A DNA stretch of 64,000 nucleotides from positions 32,001 to 96,000 of the forward strand of contig CAWFGE010000016.1 in the NCBI GenBank assembly GCA_963815195.1, given 5' to 3'. The notes under the pieces are model-generated. The model saw only the letters and a program-made list of their open reading frames with translations. It did not search any database and had not been told where the DNA came from. The position numbers and the translations under genes were made by a program. Shown piece after piece: positions 10,932-23,003 of the stretch; positions within the stretch are counted from its first letter, which is position 1, and each line of letters begins with the position of its first letter. The stretch is from an uncultured Planctomycetaceae bacterium. Its GTDB lineage: Bacteria > Planctomycetota > Planctomycetia > Planctomycetales > Planctomycetaceae.

Positions 10932-13900
10932 ATGCCGGTTCGTTCAGATTATGCCCGTTTTGGTGGAGCGATGTTTGCGGCCTTTTGTCTGAGCCTGGCC
11001 TCGGTCGCCGAGGCCCAGATGCCGACGACGATGCTCTCGTCGGTTTTTCCGCCCAGCGGCCAGGCGGGCTCGGAAATCGAAGTGCAAATCACCGGGGAGA
11101 ACCTGGACGAGGTCTCGAAGCTGGAGTTTTCGCGTCCAGGGATCACGTCCGAGCAGAAGATGAATCCGCCCGACGAGTTTTCCCCAAAGCCCACGCCGAT
11201 GGAAAACCAGTTCACGGTCAAAATCGCCGCCGACGTGCCGCCGGGGATTTATGAAGTCCGCAGCGTCGGCCGCTACGGGATTTCCAATCCCCGCGCGTTC
11301 GTGGTCGATGATTTGAAACAAGTCAAGCGCGAGGGGTTGCCCGATTCGCCGGAAAAAGCGATGCCCGTCGAAGTCGGCAGCACCGTGGTCGCCCAGATGA
11401 CCGCCCAGCGCAAGGAATACTACAAAGTCGAGCTGCAAAAAGGCGACCGTGTGCTGATCGATTGCTGGGGCGAGCGGATCGATTCGCGGATCGATCCCGT
11501 CATTATGCTCTACGATCCCAACGGCCGCATGGTCCGCCGGGCCCGGCAGGCCGACCCTCGCGACTCGCTGATTCAATGGGAAGTCCAAACTGCGGGCCCG
11601 CACATCGTCGCTGTGCACGACTTCACTTTCCAGGGCGGGGCGGATTTTTCCTACCGCCTGTCCTTCCGCAAAGCGCCTTACGTCGATTTCATCTTTCCGC
11701 CCGTGGGGAAGCCCGGCTCCAACGATCAATACACGATCTATGGCCGGAACCTGCCCGGCGGCCAACCGGCGGAGGGCCTTAAAGTCCGCGGCGTCGCGCT
11801 CGAAAAAATCACCGTCAACATCGCCCTGCCCAACGACCCCAAGAGCCTGAACCGGCTGCCGATGACGGGGGCCGTGGATTCCTATCAAGCCGGGACGAGC
11901 GGGTTTTCTTACCGGGTGAAAGGGCCGGACGGGATTTCCAACGCCGTCACGGTGCATTTCGCGGAAGCCCCGATCGTGATGGAGCAGGAACCCGCGAACA
12001 ACGAGCAGGCCAAACCGCAGAAGATCACCGTGCCCTCTGAATACGTGGGGCAGTTTTATCCCGAAGGCGACCGGGATTGGGTCGCGTTCGACGGCAAGAA
12101 GGGCGAAGTGTATTGGCTGAACGTGATCTCGCAGCGGCTGGGCACGATGGCCGACCCGGTGCTGATGGTCGAAAAAGTCACCAAAGACGCCAAAGGCAAC
12201 GAGCAGGTCAAGATGGTGACCAAGCTGGACGATGCCCCTTACACGAAGCCGGGCAATAATCAGCCGGAGATTGTCAGCCTGCAGACGGACGATCCCAAAT
12301 ACCGGCTGGCGGTCGATGAGGACGCCACCTACCGCATCCGCTTGAACGATCTCTACAACAACCCCGCGAACGATCCCCGGCTGGTGTATCGCCTGGTCAT
12401 TCAGAAGGAAAGTCCCGACTTCCAACTCGTCGCCTATGCCGAGCCGGAAAAAGACAGCCGCAATCAGTTGAAGCCGACCGCCTGCGTCGTCCGCCGCGGC
12501 GGGACGTCGGCTCTGAAATTGAACCTCGCCCGCCAGTACGGGTTTGAAGGGGATGTGGAAGTCCGCGTGGAAGGTTTGCCTCAGGGCGTGACCTGCCAGG
12601 GAGCCCAGTTTGGGGGCACGGTCAGCGACGGCTGGCTGGTGTTTGAAGCCGCCGAGAACGCTCCCGCCTGGGCTGGCTCCATCGAGGTCATTGGCAAAGC
12701 GACCGTGGACGGCAAGACGATCGAGCGCGAAGCCCGCTACGGCACGCTGCTTTGGCCGTTGAATCAGAACATGCCGGTCGCATCCCGGCTCGCCCGCAAC
12801 CTCACGCTGTCCGTCGTCACCGCCGAGACCGCCCCGGTCGTCCTCCAAGCCGGCGACGGCAAGGTGATCGAAACCTCGCTCGGCGGCAAGGTGGAAATCC
12901 CCTTCAAAGTCACCAAGCGGGAAGCCATCAAAGGCGATCTCAAAGTCTCCGCCGTCGATCTGCCGCGGGACATCAACCGCAAGGACGAGAACGTCAAAGA
13001 CAACGGCAAGACGGAGCTTTACCTCAGGACCACGAATATCCCCACCGGGACGTACACGTTCTACTTCCAGGGCACGTCCAAGTTCACCTACAAGCGGAAC
13101 CAGGACGCGGTCGAGAAAGCCAAGGAAGAGCAAAAGCGTGCGAACGAGCTCAAGAAGAAATACGACGAGGAAGCCAAAGCCGCCCAGACGAAAGCCCAAG
13201 AGGCGGCGAAGAATTCTCAAACGGCGGCGAATGAATTGAAGTCCGCCCAGCAAGCGGCCGAGGCCGCCAAAAAAGCCGCGGACGAAGCGGCGAAGCAAGT
13301 GGCCGCGGCGGAGCAAAAACTCGCCGAGGCGAAAAAAGCCGCCGACGCCGCCAAGGACGATGCGGGCAAAGCCCAAGCCGCGCAGCAAGCGGAAAAAGAG
13401 CTGGCGGACGTCAAAAAGAAGCAAGAGGAAGCCGCGACCAAACAGGCCGAGGCCGAGAAAGCATCGAAAGCCGCCGAGGAGAAAAACACCTCGGCTCAAA
13501 AAGACAAAGAGAAAGCCGACGCCGACGCCAAGGCCGCGGCCGAGATGCAAAAGAAAGCCGACGGCTACACGAAGAAGGTGGACAACGACCTCAAGAACGT
13601 CACCAACCAGAACAAGCCCGGCGACATCAACTTGTACGTCGTGTCTTCGCCGGTGGTGCTCAAGGTGCATCCGCACCCGCTGAAAATCACCGCCCCGTCC
13701 ACCCTGGGCAAACTCCAGCCCGAAAAGTCGCTGGAGTCTGCCAGTGTCCATCGAACGGCTTTACGGCTTCGATGGCAAGATCGATGTGGAAGTCGTACTG
13801 CCGAACGGCATCAAAGGCATCAGCGTGGACAAAGCCAGCATCGACAAAGGCAAAACCGATGCCAAGCTCACGCTGAAAGCCGGCAAAGACCTCACCCCCG

Positions 13901-14013
13901 GCAGTCACGCCGCGACGCTCCGGTTCCGGCTGCAATTTAACAACGTCTCCCTGGTCGCCGAGCAACCGGTGACCATCGAAGCCGAAGCCCCCAAAGAAGT
14001 CGCGGGCAAATAA
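10932..14013 (+). CDS. Large exported protein with PPC (pre-peptidase C-terminal)-like domains and an Ala/Lys/Glu coiled coil; frameshift near 13737
   Basis: LSSVFPPSGQAG, GISNPRAFVV, EQEPANNE, DRDWVAF. ORF 10932..13940 continues in ORF 13744..14013. Confidence 0.8.
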
Positions 14014-14039
14014 GCGGCTCGGCAACATTTCAAAAATCG

Positions 14040-14078
14040 ACCCGGCGGACTTCAGAAACGAAGTCCCGCCGGGTTTTT
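14040..14078 (+). terminator. Rho-independent terminator
   Basis: ACCCGGCGGACTTC-loop-GAAGTCCCGCCGGGT followed by a T-run, just after the stop at 14013. Confidence 0.8.
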
Positions 14079-14122
14079 AACTTCCGTAGTCTTTGAATTC
14101 CACAGTTCCAAATTCCGGCAAA

Positions 14123-14358
14123 AGGACCGAAGGTCCGGTGCTATGTCAGCCCAGGGCAAGCGCAGCGCCGCCCTGGGTTACGGATGATCAAGGAGAGGCA
14201 AGCCCCAAGGGGGCGGCCCTACGTGGCGCACGTTGCGGGGCGGGTTCCATCCCATTTAGGCACCTGCGCATCTCCGGTTTACGACCGCCCCGTTGGGGCT
14301 TTTGGATTTTGTTCGTTCCCGTTTCCCAGGGCTGACATAGGGCCGGGCCTTCGGCCCT
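14123..14358. repeat. About 236-bp MITE/REPIN-like element with long imperfect terminal inverted repeats
   Basis: Left end AGGACCGAAGGTCCGGTGCTATGTCAGCCCAGGG; right end (reverse complement) AGGGCCGAAGGCCCGGCCCTATGTCAGCCCTGGG. Internal AGCCCCAA/TTGGGGCT pair. Confidence 0.7.
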
Positions 14359-14423
14359 GTCTTCTAGTGCAGCCGCAACATGGACCACGATGACACGAAG
14401 ATTCGAATTACTGGAAAGATCTT

Positions 14424-15152
14424 TTACTCAACTTTCGGGGCGGCGCTTTTTGCGTCTTTTCCGGATTCCACGAGTTTCCATTCCATCGTTCTCTTCATCT
14501 GAAACTTGCCGTTTGTCCGCCGTTCTTTTTCGTACTTGTAAGTCACAACGCCGAAGGGGGCCTCTTTGTGAAGCCTGGTCTCGGTGCGGAAAATGACTTT
14601 GTCGCTTTTGTTTTCGCCTTGAAGCCCTTTGCAGGCCCAGTTTTTCTTGTCGATCTTGACGGTCGCGGCCGGCAGCTTGGTGATCTTTGTGAGCGGAGCA
14701 TGGAAGATTTCGTCCAAGCTCTCGATTTCCCGCTTGCCGGCCCCTTTCAAATCCAGTTCTTGAAGATTCTCGGCTGAGGTTCCTTTATAGGCTTTCAGCA
14801 CGTGGTCGCGCGGATCCTTGCCTTGGGCGAGATCCTTTTCCGGGATCAGCAGCTTGATCAGTTCGCTGAATTTTTGCGTCCCTCCACCGGTCGGCGCGAA
14901 GTTCAATTCTGACTCCAGTTCGATCCATCGGCACGGCTGTTTGTCAACCATCTTTTTTCCGACGGAGCGGAGCGTCTGCGTTCCATCGATCGTCACCGAC
15001 ACGGTGCCGTCGGATTTAATTCCCTCTCCCTTGATCTCAAACCGCACCCACGTTCCATCTTCGGGGAGTTGATAAATCAGCCCGTCGGCGCTCGAGATTC
15101 CAGGAACAAAAATCAGAACCAGGAGGGCGAGAAATGTTGCAAGCGGTCGCAT
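14424..15152 (-). CDS. Hypothetical exported protein
   Basis: Signal peptide, GGAGG RBS, and DGLIYQLPEDGTWVRF...APFGVV. Confidence 0.75.
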   Translation of the reverse strand: MRPLATFLALLVLIFVPGISSADGLIYQLPEDGTWVRFEIKGEGIKSDGTVSVTIDGTQTLRSVGKKMVDKQPCRWIELESELNFAPTGGGTQKFSELIKLLIPEKDLAQGKDPRDHVLKAYKGTSAENLQELDLKGAGKREIESLDEIFHAPLTKITKLPAATVKIDKKNWACKGLQGENKSDKVIFRTETRLHKEAPFGVVTYKYEKERRTNGKFQMKRTMEWKLVESGKDAKSAAPKVE

Positions 15153-15440
15153 GGTGTGCCTCCGAAGCGAATGCTTCTATTGGTGAGAGAGGGAAAAAGA
15201 GACGGGCTGTGGTGCACTTCAACCCAACTTACCGAGTTTGCCGGCGTTTTGCCACCGCCTCTGTTTTCTGGGCCACGCGCGGGAGCTTGATACTGGCCGC
15301 CCGGAGGTTTTCGTTGTAAGTTGAGGTTTTTAACCCGCCATTGTTCGCCTTTCGGTTCACGAGCTTTGAGATTGCAATACCGCTAACGTCGTGCGAGGCT
15401 CTTCCGTTTTTGGAACGACTGATTTTGGGATTTACGCACT

Positions 15441-16402
15441 ATGACCACATCGGCCAACCATCCGCTGGAGATGATTCGTCCCCGGCGGAAGATTACGGGG
15501 CTGTCGGCGATTTTGCTGCCGTTTTTGGAGAACGGCGACGTCGATTGGCCGAGCTTTCGTGCGCACGTCGAACGCACCGCAAACGCCGGGCTGACGCCGG
15601 CGGTGAATATGGACACCGGCTATGTGCATCTCCTGGACGATGACACCCGCCGGCAGGTGCTCCGGGCCACGCGTGAGACACTGGGCGGCGGGGCGTTTGT
15701 GGCGGGGGCGTTTGTGAAAGACCAGCCGGGTGCCGCTTTCGATGCAGACGGTTACAAGCAGCAGATGGAATGGATTGGGGAATTCGGCGGGACGCCGGTG
15801 ATCTTTCAATCCTTCGGCCTCGTCGAGCAACACGGGCCGGACATCGTGGCGGCTTATCAGGAGTTGCGCGGGACTCGGAGCGGTTCATCGGGTTTGAACT
15901 CACGCAGGATCTGGCCCCCTTCGGCAAAGTGTACGATCTCGACACCTACGCAGGAATGATGGCGATTCCCCAATGCATCGGCGCGAAGCATTCGTCCTTC
16001 CACCGCGAACCGGAATGGCGGCGGTTGACGCTTCGCGATCGGAACCGGCCCGATTTCATTGTGTTCACGGGTAACGATTTTGCGATCGACATGGTGATGT
16101 ATGGTAGCGATTATCTGTTGGGCCTGAGCACGTTCGCCCCCGATCTTTTCGCCCGCCGGGATGCTTACTGGGAAGCCGGCGACCCGGCGTTTTATGAACT
16201 GAACGACCTCTTGCAGTATTTGGGCTTTTTCGCGTTTCGATCGCCGGGGCCGGGCTACAAACACTCGGCGGCCCAGTTTTTGAAGATTCGCGGCTGGCTG
16301 ACCACCAACCGCACGCATCCCCAGAGTCCCCCGCGGCCGGAGACGGACATTTCGATTCTCGAAGAGTTGGCTTCCCGGCTGGGCGTCGTGGGAAAATCAT
16401 AA
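15441..16402 (+). CDS. Dihydrodipicolinate synthase (class I aldolase) family protein; frameshift near 15862
   Basis: [10 protein letters not shown] in ORF 15441..15959; GAKHSS and [21 protein letters not shown] in ORF 15770..16402. Confidence 0.75.
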
Positions 16403-16614
16403 ACGCTACAATCGGACGAACTGCCGTCTCCGTTAGATCCCTTAGGAACGGATTTCCGGGTTGAAGATCTGCGCCGAACCCGCGCGGGTTTCGCGGACTG
16501 TCTTCGAGAAACTCGACAATCCCTAGTGGCCAAATTGGTCGTTTTTCCGATACACTTTATACGGAAGGACTGTGGAATCCTTATGTCACCAGGCCGATCA
16601 GGTTTACGTTTCCT

Positions 16615-19600
16615 GTGGATGGGTTAAGGGCGAGGTTGGTGGGGAACAGCGAAGCCAGCGAACTCCTTTTGCAAAAGGCGGCGGACGCGGTGCGGGCGGT
16701 GGACCCGGCGGCGTTTCCGGTGCCTTCGCGCGTCGTCAGGCGGGTGATCCGCTCCGAGCGGGACCTGTCGCGGTTCGGCATGCAGGTGCCGCACCGGAAG
16801 AGTTACATCATCGCCGCGGATGAATTGTTGCATCTGGTCGAGCGGGATGAGTTGGGCATCGACCGGGCCAGCGAAGTCCCGACGCCGGCGATTCTGCTCG
16901 CGCAGCCCGGCGACGGAAAACTTCCGGGGCTGACGCTCAAGCAGCTTCTCGTGCGGTATTGGGGGTTGTTGTTCCACGCCCGCATCGATGCGACGTTGGC
17001 GACGAAGGTCGAGTCGGGGGAACTCACGCCGGCGTTGATCCGCGAGCGGATCGATCAGATCGGCCAGGTGGAATTCGACGAAATGCACGCGGTGATTCGG
17101 CAGGAGGATTTCCTGCTCCCGCCCGAGGATTTCTGCACCGTCTACGTCGAAGCCGCCGCCGTCTATTTGCAGCTCAGGTATTTTGAACCCCGGCGGCTCG
17201 CGGCGTTTTTCCCGGCTCTCGACGACTATCGCCGCATCGATGCCGTGTTCAGCCAGGATTTGGACGTGTTGTATCTCTTGGAAACCACGCGTCCGGAAGG
17301 AGCCCCCGCGCCGCAGGGCTTGCGAAAGGAGAAGGAGGAAGACGAACTCGTCGGCTCAACGCCCAAACGGCCCAGAGTCAAAGTGACCCACCAAGAATCC
17401 GCCGCCGACGTTTTGGCCGCGGAGGCGGCTTCGTCCAAGGCGGAGTTCCGCGAAGCGGCCGTTCCCAACCGCAAGCTGTTCGACCGTTTGATCTACAAAG
17501 CGAACCGGGTCAGCGAGCAGGGCAACGCGGTGCGGGCGGCGCTTCTAAGGCTCAAAGCGGCGCGATATGCGCCGGCCGGGCAATCGGGCGAAACGTCGGT
17601 CGCCGCGATGGGCGAACTCGAACAACTCTCCCGCCGGCTGCAACAGGCGCTCGGTTTCGACGACGACGAAGCCGCGGGCTGGCGGGATGTGATGGTCAGC
17701 CTGCTCGCCAAGTCGTCGCATGGATTTTGGAACGCCGACAAACGCCTGCTCTACGACTTGCAAAAAGTCTGCATCGATCACGAGCGGAAAATCTCGCATC
17801 TGGACCTCGCCGGCTGGATGCTTTCGCTCGGCAAGCAGCCCATCCGCCGCACGCTGCCGAACCAGCGGGAAGTTCGCATCAACCGGCATCTCCGCCGGGC
17901 GACGTCGCGGCTGATGTCGGTCCGCCTGTCCGGACCGGAGCGCGAGCAGCTTAACCATCTGCTGCACGAAGCGGCCCGGAAGGTGGAAATCCAACTGCGG
18001 GAACGGCTGCGTCCGCTGATTTCGCAGGCTCTCGATGATGTGGGCCTTGCCCCTCAAAACCTGCCGGAGCGGGTGTCGCGCCGGAAGATCATTGAGGAAC
18101 TCCTCGACAAGGTTGTGCATCACGGCTTTCTCAACATGAGCATGCTGCGGGATGCGATCTCGCGGAACAACCTGAAAATGCCCGATCTGGCGAGTCCCGC
18201 GGATTTGTGGACCGGGGATTGGCTGCTGGAAGCCGACCGCCGCCTGAATGTGCTCTTGGACGGGGTTTATCGCCGGGGCGAGTTTTATCTCCGGGGATTG
18301 CAGAAAGTGAGTTCGGTGGCGTTCGGGACGCCCGCCGGTCGGTTCGCCACAATTTATATGGCCGTGCCCTTCGGCGGGGCGGTGGTGATTCTGCAAGCCC
18401 TCAAGCATCTGCTCGACAAGATTTACGGCGTCGAACACGGCCCCGCCGCGAAGTCGTTTGCCGAAGCCGCCGCGGCCGGAAGCCAAGACCTCGGCTCGTC
18501 CGCGAGCCATCTCGCGGAGCAGCCAACGCACCTTTTGAGCTGGTTCGATCCCGCCAACACGGTTCCGTTCATTTCGGGGATACTGTTGTTGGGCGCGTTT
18601 TTGTGCGGGATGATTCACGTCCGCTCGTTTCGGCTGGCGGTGATTGATTTCGTGAAGTCCGCGTTCCTGGGCGTCCGGCGGCTGGTGTACGATTTGCCCC
18701 GCTGGTTCTGGAAGCACGAGTTCCTGCGAAAGATCTTCCGCAGCCGGCCCATGCGCTGGCTCCGGCGGCATGTGCTCTATCCGGCGATTTTCACGGGGAC
18801 GGCGTGGCTGCTCTTGCCGCAATTGGGATTGTACGAACGCCCGGGTCCGATTTGGGGCGGCGTGATGTTCCTGGCGTTTGCGCTGGCCCTCAATTCGCGG
18901 GCCGGCCGCGACCTGGAGGAACTCACCACCGAACGCATTTACCAGGCCTGGGACCACATCCGCGTCAAATGGTTGATCGCGCTGATTGAAGTCGTCACGA
19001 ATTTTTTCAAACGCGTGCTCGAAACCTTCGAGCGGTTTATGTACGCCGTCGATGAGCTGCTCCGCTTCCGCAGCGGGCAGAACGTGATCACGCTGTCGGT
19101 CAAGGCGGTGTTGGGGACGGTTTGGGCGGCCGTGGCGTTCGTGTTGCGGATTTACGTGACCTTGCTGATCGAACCCCAAGTCAATCCGATCAAGCATTTT
19201 CCCGTCGTCACCGTTTCGCACAAGTTCATTTTGCCCTTTTCGATCATGCTGACCAGAATCGTCGGAGCCCCGTTGGTGCCGTTTTTGGGCACGGAGCTGG
19301 GTTATTTCATTGCGGGGGCGACGGTGTTTTTGCTGCCGGGAATTTTCGGGTTTCTGGTGTGGGAGTTCAAAGAGAACTGGAAGCTCTACGCGGCCAATCG
19401 CAAGGCGAACCTGAAACCCGTTCTCGTCGGCAGCCACGGCGAAACGATGATCCGCCTGATGAAGCCCGGCTTTCATTCGGGAACGATCCCCAAAATCTTC
19501 CGGAAGCTCCGCGGCATCGACCGCACCCGCCGGTCCGCCCGCCGAAAGAGGCTGCGAATTCGCTACGAAGAAAAACTGCATCACACGCTCGGGGACATTC

Positions 19601-20232
19601 AGCATTTCGTCGAGCGGGAGCTGCTCGTGCTCTTGGAGGAAAGCCGGCAGTTCCGGGACAAAAAACTTTCCGTCCAGAACGTGCGCGTCGCTTCGAACAG
19701 CATTCGCGTCGCGGTGGCGTGCTCTGAGTTTGACGGGGCCCCTTTGGAATTGGCGTTTCAGGAGCAATCGGGTTGGCTGATGGTTGGCGTTTTGAAGGCG
19801 GGTTGGCTGGACGGTCTTAAAGACCGGGAGCGGCAAACGCTGGGGCTCGCGATTACCGGGTTTTACCGGCTCGCCGGCGTGGACATCGTCCGCGAGCAGT
19901 TTCGCGGCTGCTTCGGCCCGGGCTTGCCTCCATATGATGTGACGGACCGGGGCTTGGTGATCTGGCCCGACGGCCAATACGAATCGGAAGTTCGCTACGA
20001 TCTCCACCAACGCCCGCTGATCCGCCCGAAGCCGCGGTCCGTGGCCCGCGAATACGACCTGCCCACGATGGCGGCGGATCATGCGCTTTACTGCGAGCTG
20101 CCCATCGCGTGGGACGCCTGGGTCGCCTGCTGGGAATCCGAGCAATCGGCCGTGCGGATTCCCAACCTTTTCGACCACGAAGTCAACCTGCTGCCGGCCC
20201 CATCCCTCATCCCGACGACGCACGCGGGATAA
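16615..20232 (+). CDS. Large hypothetical membrane protein (1205 aa)
   Basis: Uninterrupted ORF with several transmembrane segments in the C-terminal half. Conserved-looking EPQVNPIKHFPVVTVSHK and PGFHSGTIPK. Confidence 0.8.
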   Translation: MDGLRARLVGNSEASELLLQKAADAVRAVDPAAFPVPSRVVRRVIRSERDLSRFGMQVPHRKSYIIAADELLHLVERDELGIDRASEVPTPAILLAQPGDGKLPGLTLKQLLVRYWGLLFHARIDATLATKVESGELTPALIRERIDQIGQVEFDEMHAVIRQEDFLLPPEDFCTVYVEAAAVYLQLRYFEPRRLAAFFPALDDYRRIDAVFSQDLDVLYLLETTRPEGAPAPQGLRKEKEEDELVGSTPKRPRVKVTHQESAADVLAAEAASSKAEFREAAVPNRKLFDRLIYKANRVSEQGNAVRAALLRLKAARYAPAGQSGETSVAAMGELEQLSRRLQQALGFDDDEAAGWRDVMVSLLAKSSHGFWNADKRLLYDLQKVCIDHERKISHLDLAGWMLSLGKQPIRRTLPNQREVRINRHLRRATSRLMSVRLSGPEREQLNHLLHEAARKVEIQLRERLRPLISQALDDVGLAPQNLPERVSRRKIIEELLDKVVHHGFLNMSMLRDAISRNNLKMPDLASPADLWTGDWLLEADRRLNVLLDGVYRRGEFYLRGLQKVSSVAFGTPAGRFATIYMAVPFGGAVVILQALKHLLDKIYGVEHGPAAKSFAEAAAAGSQDLGSSASHLAEQPTHLLSWFDPANTVPFISGILLLGAFLCGMIHVRSFRLAVIDFVKSAFLGVRRLVYDLPRWFWKHEFLRKIFRSRPMRWLRRHVLYPAIFTGTAWLLLPQLGLYERPGPIWGGVMFLAFALALNSRAGRDLEELTTERIYQAWDHIRVKWLIALIEVVTNFFKRVLETFERFMYAVDELLRFRSGQNVITLSVKAVLGTVWAAVAFVLRIYVTLLIEPQVNPIKHFPVVTVSHKFILPFSIMLTRIVGAPLVPFLGTELGYFIAGATVFLLPGIFGFLVWEFKENWKLYAANRKANLKPVLVGSHGETMIRLMKPGFHSGTIPKIFRKLRGIDRTRRSARRKRLRIRYEEKLHHTLGDIQHFVERELLVLLEESRQFRDKKLSVQNVRVASNSIRVAVACSEFDGAPLELAFQEQSGWLMVGVLKAGWLDGLKDRERQTLGLAITGFYRLAGVDIVREQFRGCFGPGLPPYDVTDRGLVIWPDGQYESEVRYDLHQRPLIRPKPRSVAREYDLPTMAADHALYCELPIAWDAWVACWESEQSAVRIPNLFDHEVNLLPAPSLIPTTHAG

Positions 20233-20253
20233 AGGTGGACGACGGATCTTTCC

Positions 20254-20302
20254 TAGTGGCTTCCAGCCGCCGAAATCTACGTCGGCAAGATGCCGCCGCT
20301 AC
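20254..20302. repeat. GTAG-type REP-like palindrome
   Basis: Reverse strand reads GTAGCGGCGGCATCTTGCCG...CGGCGGCTGGAAGCCACTA. Confidence 0.55.
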
Positions 20303-20545
20303 GGTCAGTCGGCGGCGTTCCTGCGCGGAATATTGCGGGTTGGTGAAAGAATGCCGCGCGAGGCCTCGGGAGATCCCGAAGTTCGCGGTTTCTGTCATTG
20401 ACGGAAACCGGCGGGCGGGGTACGGTGAAAAATGACGGGAGTTGTTTCCAAACCATCCCTCCGCACGCTCCCGATTCGCAGCTTTTCCTTTGTCCTTTGG
20501 TCAACCAGGGCCTGTGGTTGACCCGCTTCCCGGCAACTCGAACGT

Positions 20546-23003
20546 ATGATTTTTCGCCGCGTCGGCCCCTTCGTGTCCCATCATTGGAAGCCGGTTCTCG
20601 TTTGCTGGGGACTGGCGTTCCTGGTTTGCATCGGGACCGCGCCGACTGGCAGGACGTCGTTCGCGACGGCGAGTTTTCCTTCCTGCCCAAATCCGCCCCG
20701 AGCCAAGTCGCGGAAGCGGTTTATCGGCAATCGTTCTCGCGGGATCTTCTGGGCAGCACGGCGGTGATCGTCGTCCGCCGGGCGGGACGAGCCGAGGGCC
20801 TGTTGCCGCAGGATCGCGAGTTCATCGAAGACGTTCTAAAGCCGGCGATCCAGCGGATTGACCGGAAGGATGAAGAAGAAGGCCGGTCCATCATCCGCGC
20901 GGTGCGGACGGCGGACGATCGGTTGATCGGGCAGTTGCTCAACAGCGCGGACGGCAAAACGACGCTGGTGTTGATCGAACTCACCACCGGCTTTCTGAAC
21001 CGGGGGAATTGGCGGACGCTGTCGGAAATCGAAACCCTCATCGCCCAGGAAGGCGAACTCGTCGGGGAGCCGGACAATTTATTTGCCCAGAAGCTGATCC
21101 CGCCGGGTTTGGATTTGTCGCTGAGCGGTCCGGCCGCGGTCGGGCGGGATTTGCGGAGGAACTCCGAACACAGCACCGAAACCATCGTGCATTGGACGCT
21201 GCTGATTCTCATCGCGGGCTTGCTTTTGTTTTACCGCGCGCCGCTGTTGGCGCTGGTGCCTTTGGCCAGCGTTCTCGCGGCGGTGGGCATGACGATAGCC
21301 GTCTTGGCGCATCTCGCGGGCTGGGGCTGGCTGGGGATCTTCGCGGGTTTGGAGAACTACGTCATTGTCGTGCTCGTTGGATTGGGCCTGGCTTCGAGCC
21401 TGTTGCTCATCGCCCGCGAGAACGAAATGCGGCTGCAAACGCCCACGCTCGAAGATGCGGCCGTGGAATCGCTCCGGCTCACCGGTCCCAGCCTGGCCGG
21501 CGGGACGGCGGCGGCCGTGTTGGGACTGGGCATGTTGATCTTCGCCGAGTATGGCAAGTTCCAGGAACTGGGCGGAGCTTTGCTGATCGGAGCGGGCTTG
21601 ATGCTTTTGGCGACGCTCACGCTCACGCCCGCGCTCTTGGTCATGATGGGCCGCTGGGCGTTCTGGCCAAATATGCGGACCGAACGCATTTCCGCCGATC
21701 ACGCCTGGTTGCTGCCGCGGGGCGCCTGGCCGGGACCGATCGAACGCGGCTGGTCGCGGCGGCTTTGGCAGTCGCAGGGCCGATCGCTCGCGGAACGGCC
21801 CCTGGCGATCGGATTGACCTGCGTTTTGGCGATGGTGCCGTTCGCCGTGGTCGCGGGGCTGTGCAGCGCCCGGCTGACTTACGGTCTGCTCTCGCAACTT
21901 CCCGAAGACCAACCGAGCGTCAAAGGGTGCAGATCATCCAGCAGCAATTCCCCGCCGGCACCACGGGACCCGTCACGCTGCTGTTGGAGCATCCCCGTTG
22001 GCAGTTCGGCACGACCGAGGGGAAATCCGCGGTTGCAAAGCTCTCCGACGCCTTGGAACAGCGCAAACGGGAATTCGACATCGCCGATATTCGCAGCGTG
22101 GCCTTTCCGCTGGGACTCACGGAAAAGGACGTCGGCACGAAAAGCTTTCTCCAGAGAACGCTCCGGCACCGCAAAGCCGTGGAGTATTACGTCGGCGACA
22201 AACCGCCCGCCAACGGCCACGCGACCCGCCTCGAAATTGTCTTCGCCGACGATCCCTTCGCCCGTGGCAGCATCGACAACTTCGAACGCCTCCGCCGGAA
22301 ACTCCCCGATTTGCTGCCGAGGGAATTGGCGGGAGGGGACTGGCATCTGCTCGGTGCACCGGCAAGCATCCGAGACTTGAAGACGGTCACCGACCGCGAC
22401 CGGGCGTGGATTTACGGCCTGGTCCTCGCGAGCGTGTTCGCGGGTTTGCTGTTGCTCGTGCGGCGAGCGTTGATTTCCGCGGCGATCGTCCTCGTGTTGG
22501 GCCTGGGCTTCCTGGCGACGCTTGGAGCGACCTACGCCGTGTTTTGGGCTTGGAATCCGGCGGAATTTGACGGGCTGGACTGGAAGGTCCCCACGCTCCT
22601 GTTCGTGATTATGACGGCCTGGGGAACCTGGGGAACTTGGATGCTCTTGGCCCGCGTCCGCGAGGAGCAAGACCGGCACGGACGCACCGAAGGTCTGATG
22701 CGGGCTTTGGAACGCACGGGCGGCGTGTTTTGGGGCAGCGGCCTGATCGCGGCGGGCGTGTTCGCGGCCCTCATGGGCGGCTCGCTCGTCGCCTTGGAGC
22801 AGTTGGGTTTTGCCCTCGCCTGCGGCGTGCTCCTCGAGGCCTTTGTGATCCGGCCGTTTCTGATCCCCGCCGGCTTGCTCTTGGCCTTTCGGACGTTCGC
22901 CGGCAAGGAATCTGCTTCCGCTTCCGCGGCCGTTCCCGTCTCGCCGGCGATGCCCTCCCAGGAAAACCTCGCCGCCACCGTCCCGCCCAAATCGGCGGAT
23001 TGA
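20546..23003 (+). CDS. MMPL/RND-family membrane transporter; frameshifts near 20640 and 21925
   Basis: N-terminus MIFRRVGPFVSHHWK, then SFLPKSAPS, SADGKTTLV, TLTPALL, FPAGTTGPVTLL, GAPASIRDL, LERTGGV, spread over three frames. Confidence 0.8.
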
